Source: Bdellovibrionota bacterium FG-1
Lineage (GTDB): Bacteria; Bdellovibrionota; UBA1018
Assembly: GCA_051382295.1 (NCBI GenBank)
Contig: JBBCAW010000031.1
Coordinates: 1 to 64,000, forward strand
Direction: 5' to 3'
DNA: 64,000 bases
The notes under the pieces: generated by a model
Database searches by the model: none
What the model was told of the DNA's origin: nothing
Seen by the model: only the letters and a program-made list of their open reading frames with translations
Shown here: piece after piece, positions 10,031 to 20,728 of the stretch
Position numbering within the stretch: the first letter of the stretch is position 1
Layout: each line of letters begins with the position of its first letter
Program-made: the position numbers and the translations under genes

Positions 10031-11539
10031 TTAAAGGCTAGTCACAGCCCTTTTTGCCGCCAACATCATCCTCGATGGAAGCAACCCAATCTGCAACGTC
10101 AAGATGACCATCGCGGCCACGACCAGAGCCGACCACACTGAAACGCGGGAGGCGGCTGATGGAGCCCCCACGGGGTCGCGCATATACATATACACGAGAA
10201 CCCGCAGATAATAATAAACGGAGACCGCGCTACACAGAACGCTGACAATAACCAAGGTCACTTCATTTGCCTGAACGGCCGAATAGAAAAGCAAATACTT
10301 GGCTGCGAAGCCAGCGGTAGGGGGGATTCCCGCCATGGAGAGCAAGAACAGACCCAACGCAAAGGCCAACCAAGGGTGCCGCCGCGAAAGTCCGGAAAGA
10401 TCATGAAGATTGAGACCCGAGTCTTCGCGTGAGGCAATGGCCGTCAACACGGCGAAAGCACCCAGATTCATAATCGCATAGACCACAAGATACATCACCA
10501 CCGGTCCATAGCCCTCGCCGCTTGCCGAGCCGGCGACCATTCCCACGAGCAAGTAACCGGTATGCGCAATCGAAGAGTACGCGAGCATCCGTTTTAAATT
10601 GGTTTGAGTGAGGGCCACGAAATTACCGAGTCCCATCGTCAGCACCGCGCATACCCACAAAATGTTGTGAATATGGTTTTGCACGATACCGGCAATCCCC
10701 TGACCGTAACCCAGCGAGACAAATACGCGCAAAAACGTAGCAAAGGCCGCGGCTTTGAGCCCAGTAGTCATAAAACCGGTCACAGGCGCGGGTGCGCCCT
10801 CGTAAACATCAGGCATCCACATATGGAAAGGCACCGCAGCGACTTTGAAAAGGAAACCCAAGATAACCAACCAAAACCCCAGCGTAAAAAGGGGCGTACT
10901 TTGCCCCGCATGCGCCTGAACAAAATGCAAAATCGGCCGAATTCCGGTCGAGCCGGTCGCTCCATACAGCAATGCCGCCCCATAAAGAAAGAGAGCAGAG
11001 GCCGCGGAACCCAGAATAAAATACTTCATCGCCGCTTCATTGGATCGCCTATCAGCCCGTCGAAAGCCAACGAGGGTATAAATAGCGAGCGACATGATCT
11101 CGAGCGAAATAAAGATCACGATTAAGTCCGTCGCCGAAGTCATCAGCATCATCCCTAGAGCAGAAAACAGAACCAAAACATAATACTCGGGATGCTGGAG
11201 CTTTTCTTTGTCGAGATACCTTAAAGAACTGAGCGCGGTCAGGCCCGCAGAAGATAAAAACAAAATATTAAAAAAACTCGCATAGGTATCAGACACCATC
11301 ATCCCATTAAACAAAAGAATGGACGGCTGATGAATGATGCCTGCGGCCGCGCAAATCCCTGCGACCACGGTGGCCAAAGTGAGCAGAAACACCGGCCATT
11401 TTGGCTTAATAACTCTCAATACCGAGCAAATAATTGCCAGGACTGTTCCGCCAAAAACCCAAAAATAAGGATGTAAGGCCCGACATTGCTCAGCGGAAAG
11501 GCTGAGGAGCTCGGGACGGATTGTCTGAAGGGTATCCAT
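10031..11539 (-). CDS. nuoN: NADH-quinone oxidoreductase subunit N
   Basis: SLEIMSL, EAAMKYFILG, FKVAAVPFHMW.PDVYEGAP, KRMLAYSSIAH, GIPPTAGFAAK. Confidence 0.96.
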   Translation of the reverse strand: MDTLQTIRPELLSLSAEQCRALHPYFWVFGGTVLAIICSVLRVIKPKWPVFLLTLATVVAGICAAAGIIHQPSILLFNGMMVSDTYASFFNILFLSSAGLTALSSLRYLDKEKLQHPEYYVLVLFSALGMMLMTSATDLIVIFISLEIMSLAIYTLVGFRRADRRSNEAAMKYFILGSAASALFLYGAALLYGATGSTGIRPILHFVQAHAGQSTPLFTLGFWLVILGFLFKVAAVPFHMWMPDVYEGAPAPVTGFMTTGLKAAAFATFLRVFVSLGYGQGIAGIVQNHIHNILWVCAVLTMGLGNFVALTQTNLKRMLAYSSIAHTGYLLVGMVAGSASGEGYGPVVMYLVVYAIMNLGAFAVLTAIASREDSGLNLHDLSGLSRRHPWLAFALGLFLLSMAGIPPTAGFAAKYLLFYSAVQANEVTLVIVSVLCSAVSVYYYLRVLVYMYMRDPVGAPSAASRVSVWSALVVAAMVILTLQIGLLPSRMMLAAKRAVTSL

Positions 11540-11542
11540 GAG

Positions 11543-13129
11543 TTAATTTCCTTTAACCAGAGAAACAAAAGAGACCGGCGAAACAGCCGGCTGATGAGGC
11601 ATTGTGGCGGCTACCGCTTTGCCGGTGCTTCGAGCCAGCAATCGCTCCACCGATGGATTGAGCTTCTCAAAAAAGAAGTTGGGATAAACTCCCATCGCAA
11701 AAATCGCAAAAACCAAAGGCGCCATCATAGCCATTTCGCGAAAGCTCAGGTCTTTGAGTTCCTTGTTTTCGTCGTGAGTCACGGGACCAAACATCACTCG
11801 TTGGAACATCCACAACATGTAAACCGCCCCAAAGATCACGCCAGTGGCCGCGATTGCCGTCAACCCCGGACTGGTCTGCCAAGAACCAAGAAGAATCAAA
11901 AACTCTCCGACAAAACCGTTCGTGCCAGGAAGGGCCACCGAAGAGAGCGTCACAATCATGAAGACCACGGCAAATAAGGGCATCACTTTGGTGATGCCGC
12001 CAAAGGCCGAAATTTCCCGGGTATGCCGTCGTTCATAAATCATGCCGACCAAAAGAAACAACGCACCAGTCGAGACCCCATGATTCAACATTTGATAATA
12101 GCCGCCCGTCATTCCGATCGAGTTCAAAGAAAAGAGTCCGAGCACCACATAACCCATATGACTCACTGAAGAGTAGGCGACGAGTTTTTTTATGTCCGGC
12201 TGAACCATGGCCACCCATGCGCCATAGATAATCGCGATCGTGGCCAAAATCATGAACGGCACCTGAAAAAATGCCACCGCCTGAGGAAAAAGCGGAAACG
12301 CAAACCGCATAAAACCATAACCACCCATTTTAAGTAAAACGGCGGCAAGGATGACCGATCCTGCGGTCGGCGCTTGCACGTGAGCATCAGGCAACCAGGT
12401 ATGAAGAGGAAAAAGCGGCACTTTGATCGCAAAGGCGAGCGCAAAGGCCATGAACAATAAACTCTGAGGCGCCCAAAAGGTCCCGCCCGGTGTTTGAACC
12501 TTGAAAAGATCCAATAGCGCCGTCGAGTAACTTCCAAACTGAATTTTATGTTGATAACTAAGATAAAAAATCGCCACCAACATCAACAGCGAGCCCACCA
12601 TGGTAAACAGAAAAAACTTCATCGCCGCGTAAACGCGTTCTTTGCCGCCCCAGATTCCGATCAAGAAATACATCGGAATCAGCATGGCTTCCCAAAAGAC
12701 GTAAAATAGGAAGATATCTAAGGAAACAAACGCTCCCAGCATACCCGTCTCAAGAGCCAGAAGAAGAAAGTAGTATTCGCTCAGTCGCTGCTCAATTGCC
12801 TTAAAAGATCCCAAAATCGCGATCGGCATCAAAAACGTGGTTAACAGGATCAACCAAAGGCTAATTCCGTCAATCCCCACGTTATACGAAATGCCCAGCC
12901 CCGGCAGCCAAGGGAAAATTTCAGTCAGCTGAAACTCCGCCCCATTGGCCTGGTATTGCTGAAAAAGCAGCAAAGAAAGGCCAAAGGTGACCAAAGAGCC
13001 CAACAACGTCCATACCCGAAGCGACGATTGACCGCCCGACGTCCCCGAGGGAATCAGCAGCCCCACAAACGCCCAGAGCAACGGAAAGAATACAACAACG
13101 CTCAGGAGATGATTATTTAGCAAGTCCAT
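11543..13129 (-). CDS. nuoM: NADH-quinone oxidoreductase subunit M
   Basis: FYVFWEAMLIPMY, IKVPLFPLHTWLPDAH, LLKMGGYG, GFVGEFLIL. Confidence 0.96.
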   Translation of the reverse strand: MDLLNNHLLSVVVFFPLLWAFVGLLIPSGTSGGQSSLRVWTLLGSLVTFGLSLLLFQQYQANGAEFQLTEIFPWLPGLGISYNVGIDGISLWLILLTTFLMPIAILGSFKAIEQRLSEYYFLLLALETGMLGAFVSLDIFLFYVFWEAMLIPMYFLIGIWGGKERVYAAMKFFLFTMVGSLLMLVAIFYLSYQHKIQFGSYSTALLDLFKVQTPGGTFWAPQSLLFMAFALAFAIKVPLFPLHTWLPDAHVQAPTAGSVILAAVLLKMGGYGFMRFAFPLFPQAVAFFQVPFMILATIAIIYGAWVAMVQPDIKKLVAYSSVSHMGYVVLGLFSLNSIGMTGGYYQMLNHGVSTGALFLLVGMIYERRHTREISAFGGITKVMPLFAVVFMIVTLSSVALPGTNGFVGEFLILLGSWQTSPGLTAIAATGVIFGAVYMLWMFQRVMFGPVTHDENKELKDLSFREMAMMAPLVFAIFAMGVYPNFFFEKLNPSVERLLARSTGKAVAATMPHQPAVSPVSFVSLVKGN

Positions 13130-15086
13130 AAATCAGATATCCCACTGTGGCCACGACGCCGATCATCAGCGACAAGGCATAAATTTGAATCGAACCCGTT
13201 TGAATCACTCGGACTGTTTGACCCGTCCACTCAGAAATACGGCCAAAACCGACAACCACTCGATCGATCACACCAACATCAATGCTTTTCCAAAGTCCCT
13301 TTGAAAGCGCCTGAATCGGACGAATAATGACAGCCTCATAAAGCTCGTCGACGTACCATTTGTTCTCAAGAACCTTGTAGACCGAAGCGAAGCGAACTTT
13401 GTAAGCGGCCGCCTTGGCGAGATCCTTGAAAACATTGAAAGCAATCGCTATCCCTAGAAGAGCTCCGGCCACGCTCGCCGCCATCAGGACCCACTCCATA
13501 CCCGCGCCTACGCCACTAAGTCCCTCGTGCACGGGAATAACAGGTTCAAGCCACTTTTCGAGCCAGGCATGGTGGGGAATCCCCATAAATCCGCCGACCG
13601 CGCTCAGCCCCGCAAGAACGATCAACGGAACCGTCATGGCCCAAGGAGACTCGTGAACCCCCGCATGTCCATGACCGTGATCATCGTGCCCATGGCTCAA
13701 ACCGATTTTTTTAGCGTCAAAGCGTTCAGTGCCCCAGAATGTCAGATACGTGAGCCGCGTCATATAGAAGGCCGTCATGATCGCCGTCAAAAAGCCCATG
13801 AACCACAGGGCCGTGCTCCCATGAGGGGCGCTAAACGCCTGCCAGAGAATTTCATCTTTGGAAAAGAACCCGGCAAAAGGTGGGACCCCGCAGATGGCGA
13901 GCCAACCCAAAAGCCAGGTGCCATAGGTGATCGGCATGTACTTACGCAACCCACCCATTTGGGTGATATCTTGCTGCTCATGCATTCCGTGAATCACGGA
14001 GCCCGCACCCAAGAAGAGAAGCGCCTTAAAAAACGCATGGGTGATGACGTGGAAAACTCCCGCAGTATATGCGCCGACACCGCACGCCAAAAACATATAG
14101 CCGAGCTGTGAAATGGTGGAGTAGGCCAGTACTTTTTTGATGTCTTTTTGCGCAAACGCGATCGTGGCTGCAAAAAAAGCGGTAAAAGCCCCCACGACCG
14201 CGACCACATTGAGTGCGAGCGGCGCAAGGCTATACATAAAGTTAAGACGAGACACAAGATAAACGCCCGAAGTCACCATCGTCGCGGCATGGATGAGTGC
14301 CGACACGGGGGTTGGGCCCGCCATTGCGTCGGGCAGCCAAACAAAAAGCGGGATTTGGGCCGATTTACCCATACAACCCACAAATAAGAGCAAGCAGATC
14401 ACCGTGAGCGTGTTGACGTCTGCCCCCGCCCCATGCCCCTGGGCGATGAGGTCATGAAGCTGCGCAAAATCGAGGGTTCCGAAATGATTGAAAATCATGA
14501 ACATCCCGAGGAGAAAGCCAAAATCCCCCACGCGGTTGACGATGAATGCCTTTTTCCCGGCCTTCGCCTTATCCATGTCGGTATACCAATAACCGATCAA
14601 AAGATAAGAACAGAGACCCACGCCTTCCCAACCCAAAAACAAAATAGGAAGAGACGCGCCAATCACGAGCATGAGCATCGCGAAGCAAAAAAGATTGAGG
14701 TAACTGAAAAACTTCCCCGGGGTTGCGTCGTGCCCCATGTAACCGATGGAGTAAAGATGGATCAGGGTACCCACACCGGTAACAACCAGGGTGAACAACG
14801 TACTGAGCGAATCCAGGCGAAAGGCCATATCCAGGTTGAAACCTGATCCGATGGTCACCCAATGAAAAAGGTGTTGTTCAATCACCCGATGCTCTTCGCC
14901 CATGCCCTGAAGCTGGACAAATAACAGCAGCGAAACCACGAAAGAGGCGCCAATGGCCAAGGTGGCGATCACGCCAGGAATCAACGCGCCAGCCTTGCGA
15001 TGACCCACGGGGGCCTGTGCGCCGGCATACCAAACACCATTGATCAAAAACCCGATCAGAGGAAAAAGCGGAATGAGTGCTAACAT
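13113..15086 (-). CDS. nuoL: NADH-quinone oxidoreductase subunit L
   Basis: GWEGVGLCSYLLIG, GKSAQIPLFVWLPDAMAGPTPVSALIHAATMV, HAFFKALLFLGAG, GFFSKDEIL. Confidence 0.97.
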   Translation of the reverse strand: MLALIPLFPLIGFLINGVWYAGAQAPVGHRKAGALIPGVIATLAIGASFVVSLLLFVQLQGMGEEHRVIEQHLFHWVTIGSGFNLDMAFRLDSLSTLFTLVVTGVGTLIHLYSIGYMGHDATPGKFFSYLNLFCFAMLMLVIGASLPILFLGWEGVGLCSYLLIGYWYTDMDKAKAGKKAFIVNRVGDFGFLLGMFMIFNHFGTLDFAQLHDLIAQGHGAGADVNTLTVICLLLFVGCMGKSAQIPLFVWLPDAMAGPTPVSALIHAATMVTSGVYLVSRLNFMYSLAPLALNVVAVVGAFTAFFAATIAFAQKDIKKVLAYSTISQLGYMFLACGVGAYTAGVFHVITHAFFKALLFLGAGSVIHGMHEQQDITQMGGLRKYMPITYGTWLLGWLAICGVPPFAGFFSKDEILWQAFSAPHGSTALWFMGFLTAIMTAFYMTRLTYLTFWGTERFDAKKIGLSHGHDDHGHGHAGVHESPWAMTVPLIVLAGLSAVGGFMGIPHHAWLEKWLEPVIPVHEGLSGVGAGMEWVLMAASVAGALLGIAIAFNVFKDLAKAAAYKVRFASVYKVLENKWYVDELYEAVIIRPIQALSKGLWKSIDVGVIDRVVVGFGRISEWTGQTVRVIQTGSIQIYALSLMIGVVATVGYLIYGLAK

Positions 15087-15093
15087 GGTCGGG

Positions 15094-15402
15094 TCACTCC
15101 CTAAGAAGCTGAATTTCGTCCGTATCCACGCTGCGCAGAGTCCGGAACATTGCGATTACCAACCCGAGGCCTACTGCGCTCTCGGCTGCGGCGACGGTGA
15201 TGATAAAAAACACCGACATCTGGCCGCCCAGATGATGAAGCTGTTTGGAAAAGGTCACAAAAGTGAGATTGACCGCATTGAGCATCAGCTCAAGGCACAT
15301 CATCACCACGATCACGTTGCGCCGAATGAGAACGCCCGCAAACCCGATAAAAAATATCGTGGCACAAAAAGAGAGCACCACCCACGGTTCGACTGAATTC
15401 AT
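15094..15402 (-). CDS. nuoK: NADH-quinone oxidoreductase subunit K
   Basis: RRN.....MCLELMLNA, VAAAESAVGL. Start moved to ATG 15402 (MNSVEP). Confidence 0.95.
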   Translation of the reverse strand: MNSVEPWVVLSFCATIFFIGFAGVLIRRNVIVVMMCLELMLNAVNLTFVTFSKQLHHLGGQMSVFFIITVAAAESAVGLGLVIAMFRTLRSVDTDEIQLLRE

Positions 15403-15403
15403 A

Positions 15404-15967
15404 TTAATGCCACCTTCCACCTGTGTGAGGACTTCCGGCGGGCAACGCCTGTTTACGTTTGGCGATCGCGACCGCGCCCACAATTGCCGCAAGAAGCAAA
15501 ACCGAAGTGAGCTCGAACGGCAAAATATATTCTGAGAACATCAACTCCGAAAGCACGCGGGTGTTTCCCCCCGCAGCCTCAATTTTTTCCGGGGTAACCG
15601 CGCCGATCGGCGCAAGCGGCGCGGTGTTTTTGAAAACCCAGACAAAAACACCGAGCATCATCGCGGCTAAAACGCCCGAAAGGAGACGAACGCCGATATG
15701 AGAACGGCCTAAATCGAAGGAAGGAACGTCCGCATTGAGAAGCATGATCACAAAAACAAAGAGGACCATGATCGCCCCGGCGTAAACCAAGACCTGCATC
15801 GCCGCGATCAAATGAGCATCCAACAAGGCATAAATCCCGGCAAAGGCGAAAAACACCAAGACCAGGCTAAACGCGCTCGAAACGGGGTTTTTTTTAAGAA
15901 CCACCAAAAGGGAGCAGGCAATCGCCAAAGCCCCGAACCCATAGAAAAAAACAGGGGAGATATCCAT
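15404..15967 (-). CDS. nuoJ: NADH-quinone oxidoreductase subunit J
   Basis: QVLVYAGAIMVLFVFVIMLL, YILPFELTSVLLL. Start moved to ATG 15967, overlapping the nuoI stop. Confidence 0.95.
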   Translation of the reverse strand: MDISPVFFYGFGALAIACSLLVVLKKNPVSSAFSLVLVFFAFAGIYALLDAHLIAAMQVLVYAGAIMVLFVFVIMLLNADVPSFDLGRSHIGVRLLSGVLAAMMLGVFVWVFKNTAPLAPIGAVTPEKIEAAGGNTRVLSELMFSEYILPFELTSVLLLAAIVGAVAIAKRKQALPAGSPHTGGRWH

Positions 15968-16410
15968 TACTTGTTTCCTCTCTGCTCGAGTAGAAACGCC
16001 TTGTCCCAGACTTGACGATGATCCGTACTCATTTCGTAAATGGTGCTGAGTTTGATCGCATCTTTGGGACAGGCTTCTTCGCACATCCCGCAAAAGCAGC
16101 AGCGGAGCGTGTCGATCTCAAATTTGACGGGGTACTTTTCTTTATCGGGGCGTTCGCCGGCCTCAATATGAATGCACTCCGCCGGACAAACCGTGGGGCA
16201 AAGCATGCACGCCGTACAATTTTCGACGCCATTGGTTGCCTTGATATAGTGCATTCCACGAAAACGATCAGAGTATTGTCGCCGTTCCTCAGGATACGAA
16301 ATGGTCACGGTGGGCGCAAAAAGCATATTGCGCATCGTGATCCTCATACCCTTAAAGATATCGATCCAATAGATTTCTGAAAGAAGGCTCTTCTTTTGTT
16401 TTACCAGCAT
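15967..16410 (-). CDS. nuoI: NADH-quinone oxidoreductase subunit I
   Basis: T.SYPEE, RFRG.H, CTACMLCPTVCP and CCFCGMCEEACP (2x 4Fe-4S). Confidence 0.95.
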   Translation of the reverse strand: MLVKQKKSLLSEIYWIDIFKGMRITMRNMLFAPTVTISYPEERRQYSDRFRGMHYIKATNGVENCTACMLCPTVCPAECIHIEAGERPDKEKYPVKFEIDTLRCCFCGMCEEACPKDAIKLSTIYEMSTDHRQVWDKAFLLEQRGNK

Positions 16411-16413
16411 AAT

Positions 16414-17526
16414 TCAGATCACCTTGTAATAGATCAATACGCCCGAGACAAAGATGTTCACCAGCGACAACGGGAGCATGACTTTCCAACCCAAATCCAT
16501 CAAATGGTCATAACGAAAGCGCGGAATGGTCCATCGAACCCAGACAAAGAACCACATAAAGAAAACAAGCTTGGACAAAAATGCCATCATCTCTAAAATC
16601 ACGCGTAGCCACTCGGCGGCCATCGCCGACAGCTGGGAATGCGCGACGATCAGCTGATGCAACCACCCCAGCCCATGGTAACCCCCAAAATAAAGGGCCA
16701 CAAACAGACCACAAGCCGTTGCCATGTTCTGATACTCCGCCATCTGATACATCGCGAACTTCATCGAACCGTACTCAAGATGATAGCCCGCGATCAACTC
16801 GGACTCACCCTCGGGCAAATCAAAGGGAAGTCGATTGGTTTCGGCAAAGGCGGCCGTCAAAAAGATCAAAAAACCCACGGGTTGAATCAAAACGCCCCAT
16901 TTATCGATGGAGAAAGGCCCTAACTTCAAAAGCGTCTCGGCCTGACCCACGGCAATGTCGCCCAGATGAACACTCGAATATGCCATGATAATGCCGACCA
17001 CGGAGAGGCCCATCGACAACTCATAGCTGATCATTTGTGAAGAGCTTCGAAGCGCGCCCATCAGCGCGTACTTATTATTCGAAGCCCAGCCCCCCATAAT
17101 GATGCCGTAAACCCCAAGAGAGGCGACCGCGAAAATATAGAGGACGCCAACATTAAGGTCGGCCACCTGAAAATGAATCAGATGATTGTCGATTTGGATT
17201 TGGCTCGCATAAGGAATGACGGCAAAAGTTAAAACCGCGGGCACAAACGAAATAACCGGCGCCAACATATAATAAAACTTGGTGACATGCGTGGAGACGA
17301 TATCTTCCTTGAAAAGAAACTTGATCGCATCCGCCACGGATTGAAATAAGCCCAGGGGCCCGAGGCGATTCGGACCGAGGCGATTTTGGATGAGCGCCGA
17401 ACCGCGACGCTCCACCCATGCCATGAGCGGCGCGACCGACAAAAGCATCAAGAACATCACCAGGACCTTGATGACCATGGTGGCCGTTTCGAAGTTATTC
17501 AAGAAGTAGTCCCTGAAAGAGTCCAT
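16414..17526 (-). CDS. nuoH: NADH-quinone oxidoreductase subunit H
   Basis: ERR..A.IQNRLGPNR, QMISYE, AETNRLPFDLPEGESELIAGY..EY, PRFRYD.LM.LGWK. ATG 17526 follows GGAG. Confidence 0.96.
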   Translation of the reverse strand: MDSFRDYFLNNFETATMVIKVLVMFLMLLSVAPLMAWVERRGSALIQNRLGPNRLGPLGLFQSVADAIKFLFKEDIVSTHVTKFYYMLAPVISFVPAVLTFAVIPYASQIQIDNHLIHFQVADLNVGVLYIFAVASLGVYGIIMGGWASNNKYALMGALRSSSQMISYELSMGLSVVGIIMAYSSVHLGDIAVGQAETLLKLGPFSIDKWGVLIQPVGFLIFLTAAFAETNRLPFDLPEGESELIAGYHLEYGSMKFAMYQMAEYQNMATACGLFVALYFGGYHGLGWLHQLIVAHSQLSAMAAEWLRVILEMMAFLSKLVFFMWFFVWVRWTIPRFRYDHLMDLGWKVMLPLSLVNIFVSGVLIYYKVI

Positions 17527-17550
17527 GTTACTTATGTCTCCACCGCTCAA

Positions 17551-18960
17551 TTAAGCTTTACGATTCATCCACATCATCAAAATCTCAGAAAGCGCCTTGG
17601 TCCCCGGAGGCGGAAGAATGGCTCGCTTGAGTTTTTGCTGCCGGCCCTGAAAGTTAACGATCGTGCCATCCTTCTCAACAAAGGTGGTGCTAGGTAAAAC
17701 CGCGGCAAACCGCTGCGCCTCTGTTTTCATAAAGACACCTACGCCAACGGTTTTGATCCCCTTGAGATCCGGAAGTTGCGCACGCCCCCCCCGGAAAACC
17801 AAAACCGCGTCCGTGCCCGAAGGGAGTTGATCGAAACCTTTGTATCCCAGCGCCTCTAAGCCATGAAGGTTGGCGGTTTTACTCTTTCGCTTCAAAATCT
17901 TGTCCGCATCAGCATCGTCGTCAGTCGCTTTGACTCCGGATGTGCCAAAATGAAAGACCTGCGCGCTTGGAATATGCTTAGGAATAAACTCCAAAAGCAG
18001 ACGCGCCTCTTCATTGGTGAGATCCGACCCGACCAGTACGACCGGATTTCTCGAAACCGCCAAAGTTGCCTTGGCCAAGTCTAACGCCGCAAACCATTCT
18101 GCGTTTGCCAATCCATTGGATCCCGCAATTGTGGGCTCAACCAATCGCGCCGAGTTGTGAACATAATGGAAATTGAAACGCCCTTCGTCACAAATCCAAT
18201 ACTTGTTGACCTCCAGGTTTTCGCGGGCAATACAGCGATAGATGCGATTTCCCTCTTGCTGCGTTTCCATACTGCAGCCGCGCGAACAGCCTTCGCAGAT
18301 CGTGGGCGTCTTTTTAAGAAACCAAGATCGCTTCTTAAAACGAAAATCCTTGAGCGTTAAAGAGCCCGTGGGGCAAATGTCGGCATAATTTCCGGCGTAC
18401 TGAGTCTCCAGTTCACGCTCGTCGACCGTGGTAATTTCGGTGTTATTGCCTCGCCTCACCGCCACCATCTCACGAATACCCGCGATTTCCGCGCCAAACC
18501 GGATGCAACGGGTGCAGTGAATGCAACGATTCATGTTCTTCTTGATCACCGGCCCCATATCGAGGTCAACATAGGTGCGACGCTCCTCGGTGTAGCGCGA
18601 GTTAGCATCGCCATAGCCGTACGACTGATCCTGAAGATCACACTCTCCCGATTTATCGCAAATCGGACAATCCAAGGGGTGATTAATCAGCAAAAATTCC
18701 ATCACGGCTTTTTGATTTTGTTTGGCGCGCGCGGATTGAGTATGGACCACCATTCCTTCCGCCGCTGGCGTCGAGCAAGCGGTTTGGAGTTTAGGCATTT
18801 TATCTATTTCGACAGCGCACATGCGACACTGCGCCACCACGGTGAGGCCTGGATGATAGCAAAAATAAGGGATTTCAATCCCCGCCTTTTTGGCAACCTC
18901 AATCAGATTTTGACCTGGGGTAAACTCAACCTCACGGCCATCAATTATGCACTTGGGCAT
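17551..18960 (-). CDS. nuoG: NADH-quinone oxidoreductase subunit G (short form, 469 aa)
   Basis: IPYFCYHP...CRMC...AC, NHPLDCPICD..GEC.LQD, RCIHCTRCIRF...CPTG, CEGCSRGC...WICDEGR. Confidence 0.92.
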   Translation of the reverse strand: MPKCIIDGREVEFTPGQNLIEVAKKAGIEIPYFCYHPGLTVVAQCRMCAVEIDKMPKLQTACSTPAAEGMVVHTQSARAKQNQKAVMEFLLINHPLDCPICDKSGECDLQDQSYGYGDANSRYTEERRTYVDLDMGPVIKKNMNRCIHCTRCIRFGAEIAGIREMVAVRRGNNTEITTVDERELETQYAGNYADICPTGSLTLKDFRFKKRSWFLKKTPTICEGCSRGCSMETQQEGNRIYRCIARENLEVNKYWICDEGRFNFHYVHNSARLVEPTIAGSNGLANAEWFAALDLAKATLAVSRNPVVLVGSDLTNEEARLLLEFIPKHIPSAQVFHFGTSGVKATDDDADADKILKRKSKTANLHGLEALGYKGFDQLPSGTDAVLVFRGGRAQLPDLKGIKTVGVGVFMKTEAQRFAAVLPSTTFVEKDGTIVNFQGRQQKLKRAILPPPGTKALSEILMMWMNRKA

Positions 18961-20213
18961 TTTCCGCTCCTGATGTGGGCCTCAAAGTCAGTCCCAAATT
19001 TCTTAACAAAACTCATCACCGGGCCTGCGGCTGCGTCGCCGAGGGCGCAAAGAGTCTTGCCATTAATGTTATTAGCAATGTCGAGAAGCAAACTCAGATC
19101 CTTCTCCCGACCATGGCCATGCTCAATGCGATGGAGAATATCTTCCATCCAGCGGCAGCCCTCGCGACAGGGGGTGCACTGCCCACAGGACTCATGCTCG
19201 TAGAATTTCGTGATTCGAGTCAGCAACTTAACGATGCAATAATCTTCGCTCACCACTATCAATGCCGCTGAACCCATCATCGTACCGATCTTCATCAAGG
19301 GTTCGATATCGTAGACCGCATCGATTTCGTCCGCAGTCAACACCGGTGCCGAAGACCCGCCAGGAATGACCGCTTTGAGCTTTTTATCGCCCAAGATGCC
19401 ACCACCCAGATCATAAATAATTTGCCGAATGGTCATCGAACCCGCATTGATTTCATAAACACCAGGTTTTTTAACATGGCCGGAAATCGAAAGGAGGCGG
19501 GTTCCTCCTGATTTTTCAATTCTTCCAAGCTTAGAAAACCACTCGCCGCCCTTGTTCACAATGAACGGCACATTCGCTAAGGTCTCGACGTTATTGACTA
19601 CGGTAGGACCACCGAACGCCCCGGCCTGGGCCGGAAACGGTGGTTTTACTCGCGGCTCACCCCGCTTGCCTTCGAGAGAATTCAAAAGCGCAGTTTCTTC
19701 GCCACAGATATACGCACCCGCACCTCGATGAACCGTCAGGTCAAAGTTAAACCCTGAACCACCTATATTTTTACCCAACCAACCCGCCTTGTAGGCCTCG
19801 TCAATTGCGGCATTCAAAAGCTTCGCTTCACGAGTATATTCGCCACGAATATAGATGTAACCGACGTTCGCGCCGATCGCATAGCCCGCGATGACCATTC
19901 CCTCGATCAAAAGATGAGGAATGTATCGCATAATATCGCGATCCTTAAACGTCCCCGGCTCCGATTCGTCGGCATTGCAAACGACATACTTGGGTTTGCT
20001 CGCCTGTTTAGGGATAAATCCCCACTTCATGCCCATGGGAAAACCAGCGCCTCCACGGCCCCGGACATTTGACTTTTTGACCTCATTAATGAGATCATCT
20101 TGAGTCATCCCGAAGGCTTTTTTGGCCGCCGTATATCCATCCATCTTGCTGAGATAGTAAGCCAGCGGACGGGCTTCTTCGTTAAAGTGCTGGATAAAAA
20201 GAGTTTCGCTCAT
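18945..20213 (-). CDS. nuoF: NADH-quinone oxidoreductase subunit F
   Basis: RGRGGAGFP.G.KW, NADESEPGTFKDR, GAGAYICGEETAL, ESCGQCTPCREG. Confidence 0.97.
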   Translation of the reverse strand: MSETLFIQHFNEEARPLAYYLSKMDGYTAAKKAFGMTQDDLINEVKKSNVRGRGGAGFPMGMKWGFIPKQASKPKYVVCNADESEPGTFKDRDIMRYIPHLLIEGMVIAGYAIGANVGYIYIRGEYTREAKLLNAAIDEAYKAGWLGKNIGGSGFNFDLTVHRGAGAYICGEETALLNSLEGKRGEPRVKPPFPAQAGAFGGPTVVNNVETLANVPFIVNKGGEWFSKLGRIEKSGGTRLLSISGHVKKPGVYEINAGSMTIRQIIYDLGGGILGDKKLKAVIPGGSSAPVLTADEIDAVYDIEPLMKIGTMMGSAALIVVSEDYCIVKLLTRITKFYEHESCGQCTPCREGCRWMEDILHRIEHGHGREKDLSLLLDIANNINGKTLCALGDAAAGPVMSFVKKFGTDFEAHIRSGKCPSA

Positions 20214-20230
20214 CTTTATGCCCTCGAGCC

Positions 20231-20707
20231 TTATTTCAGACTGTCCATCAGCTTATCCAGCTTCTGGGCATCCAGGTTTTCGTGATAATCATCGTTCAAC
20301 ATCATGGCCGGCGCCGTTCCGCAAGCGCCGAGACACTCTTCTTCCATGAGGGTGAATTTTTTATCCCCGGTGGTTTCACCACATCGAATATTGAGCTTCT
20401 TTTCAACATGCTCAACAAGTTCGTCGGCGCCTCGCAAACAACAGGCGACGTTGGTGCAGATTTTAAGGTGGTACTTTCCGACGGGCTTTAAATTATACAT
20501 GGTATAAAACGATGCCACCTCGCGCACTTGAGCGGGATGAATACCAATATAAGCCCCGATTTCCTCCATCACCGCAGGAGAAAGCCAGCTGGTTTCTTCC
20601 TGCGCCTGGTGGAGCGCTGGCAACAACAGCGCTACCCGACTGGGATAGCGCGGCACCAACTTGTCCATCTCTTGGTAAAATTTCTGGGAAAGAATTTTGT
20701 TTGCCAT
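20231..20707 (-). CDS. nuoE: NADH-quinone oxidoreductase subunit E
   Basis: VASFYTMY, CTNVAC.L.G, ECLGACGTAP. Start placed at ATG 20707 (MANK). Confidence 0.95.
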   Translation of the reverse strand: MANKILSQKFYQEMDKLVPRYPSRVALLLPALHQAQEETSWLSPAVMEEIGAYIGIHPAQVREVASFYTMYNLKPVGKYHLKICTNVACCLRGADELVEHVEKKLNIRCGETTGDKKFTLMEEECLGACGTAPAMMLNDDYHENLDAQKLDKLMDSLK

Positions 20708-20728
20708 AATCCCGTTCTCTCGCTCCAA

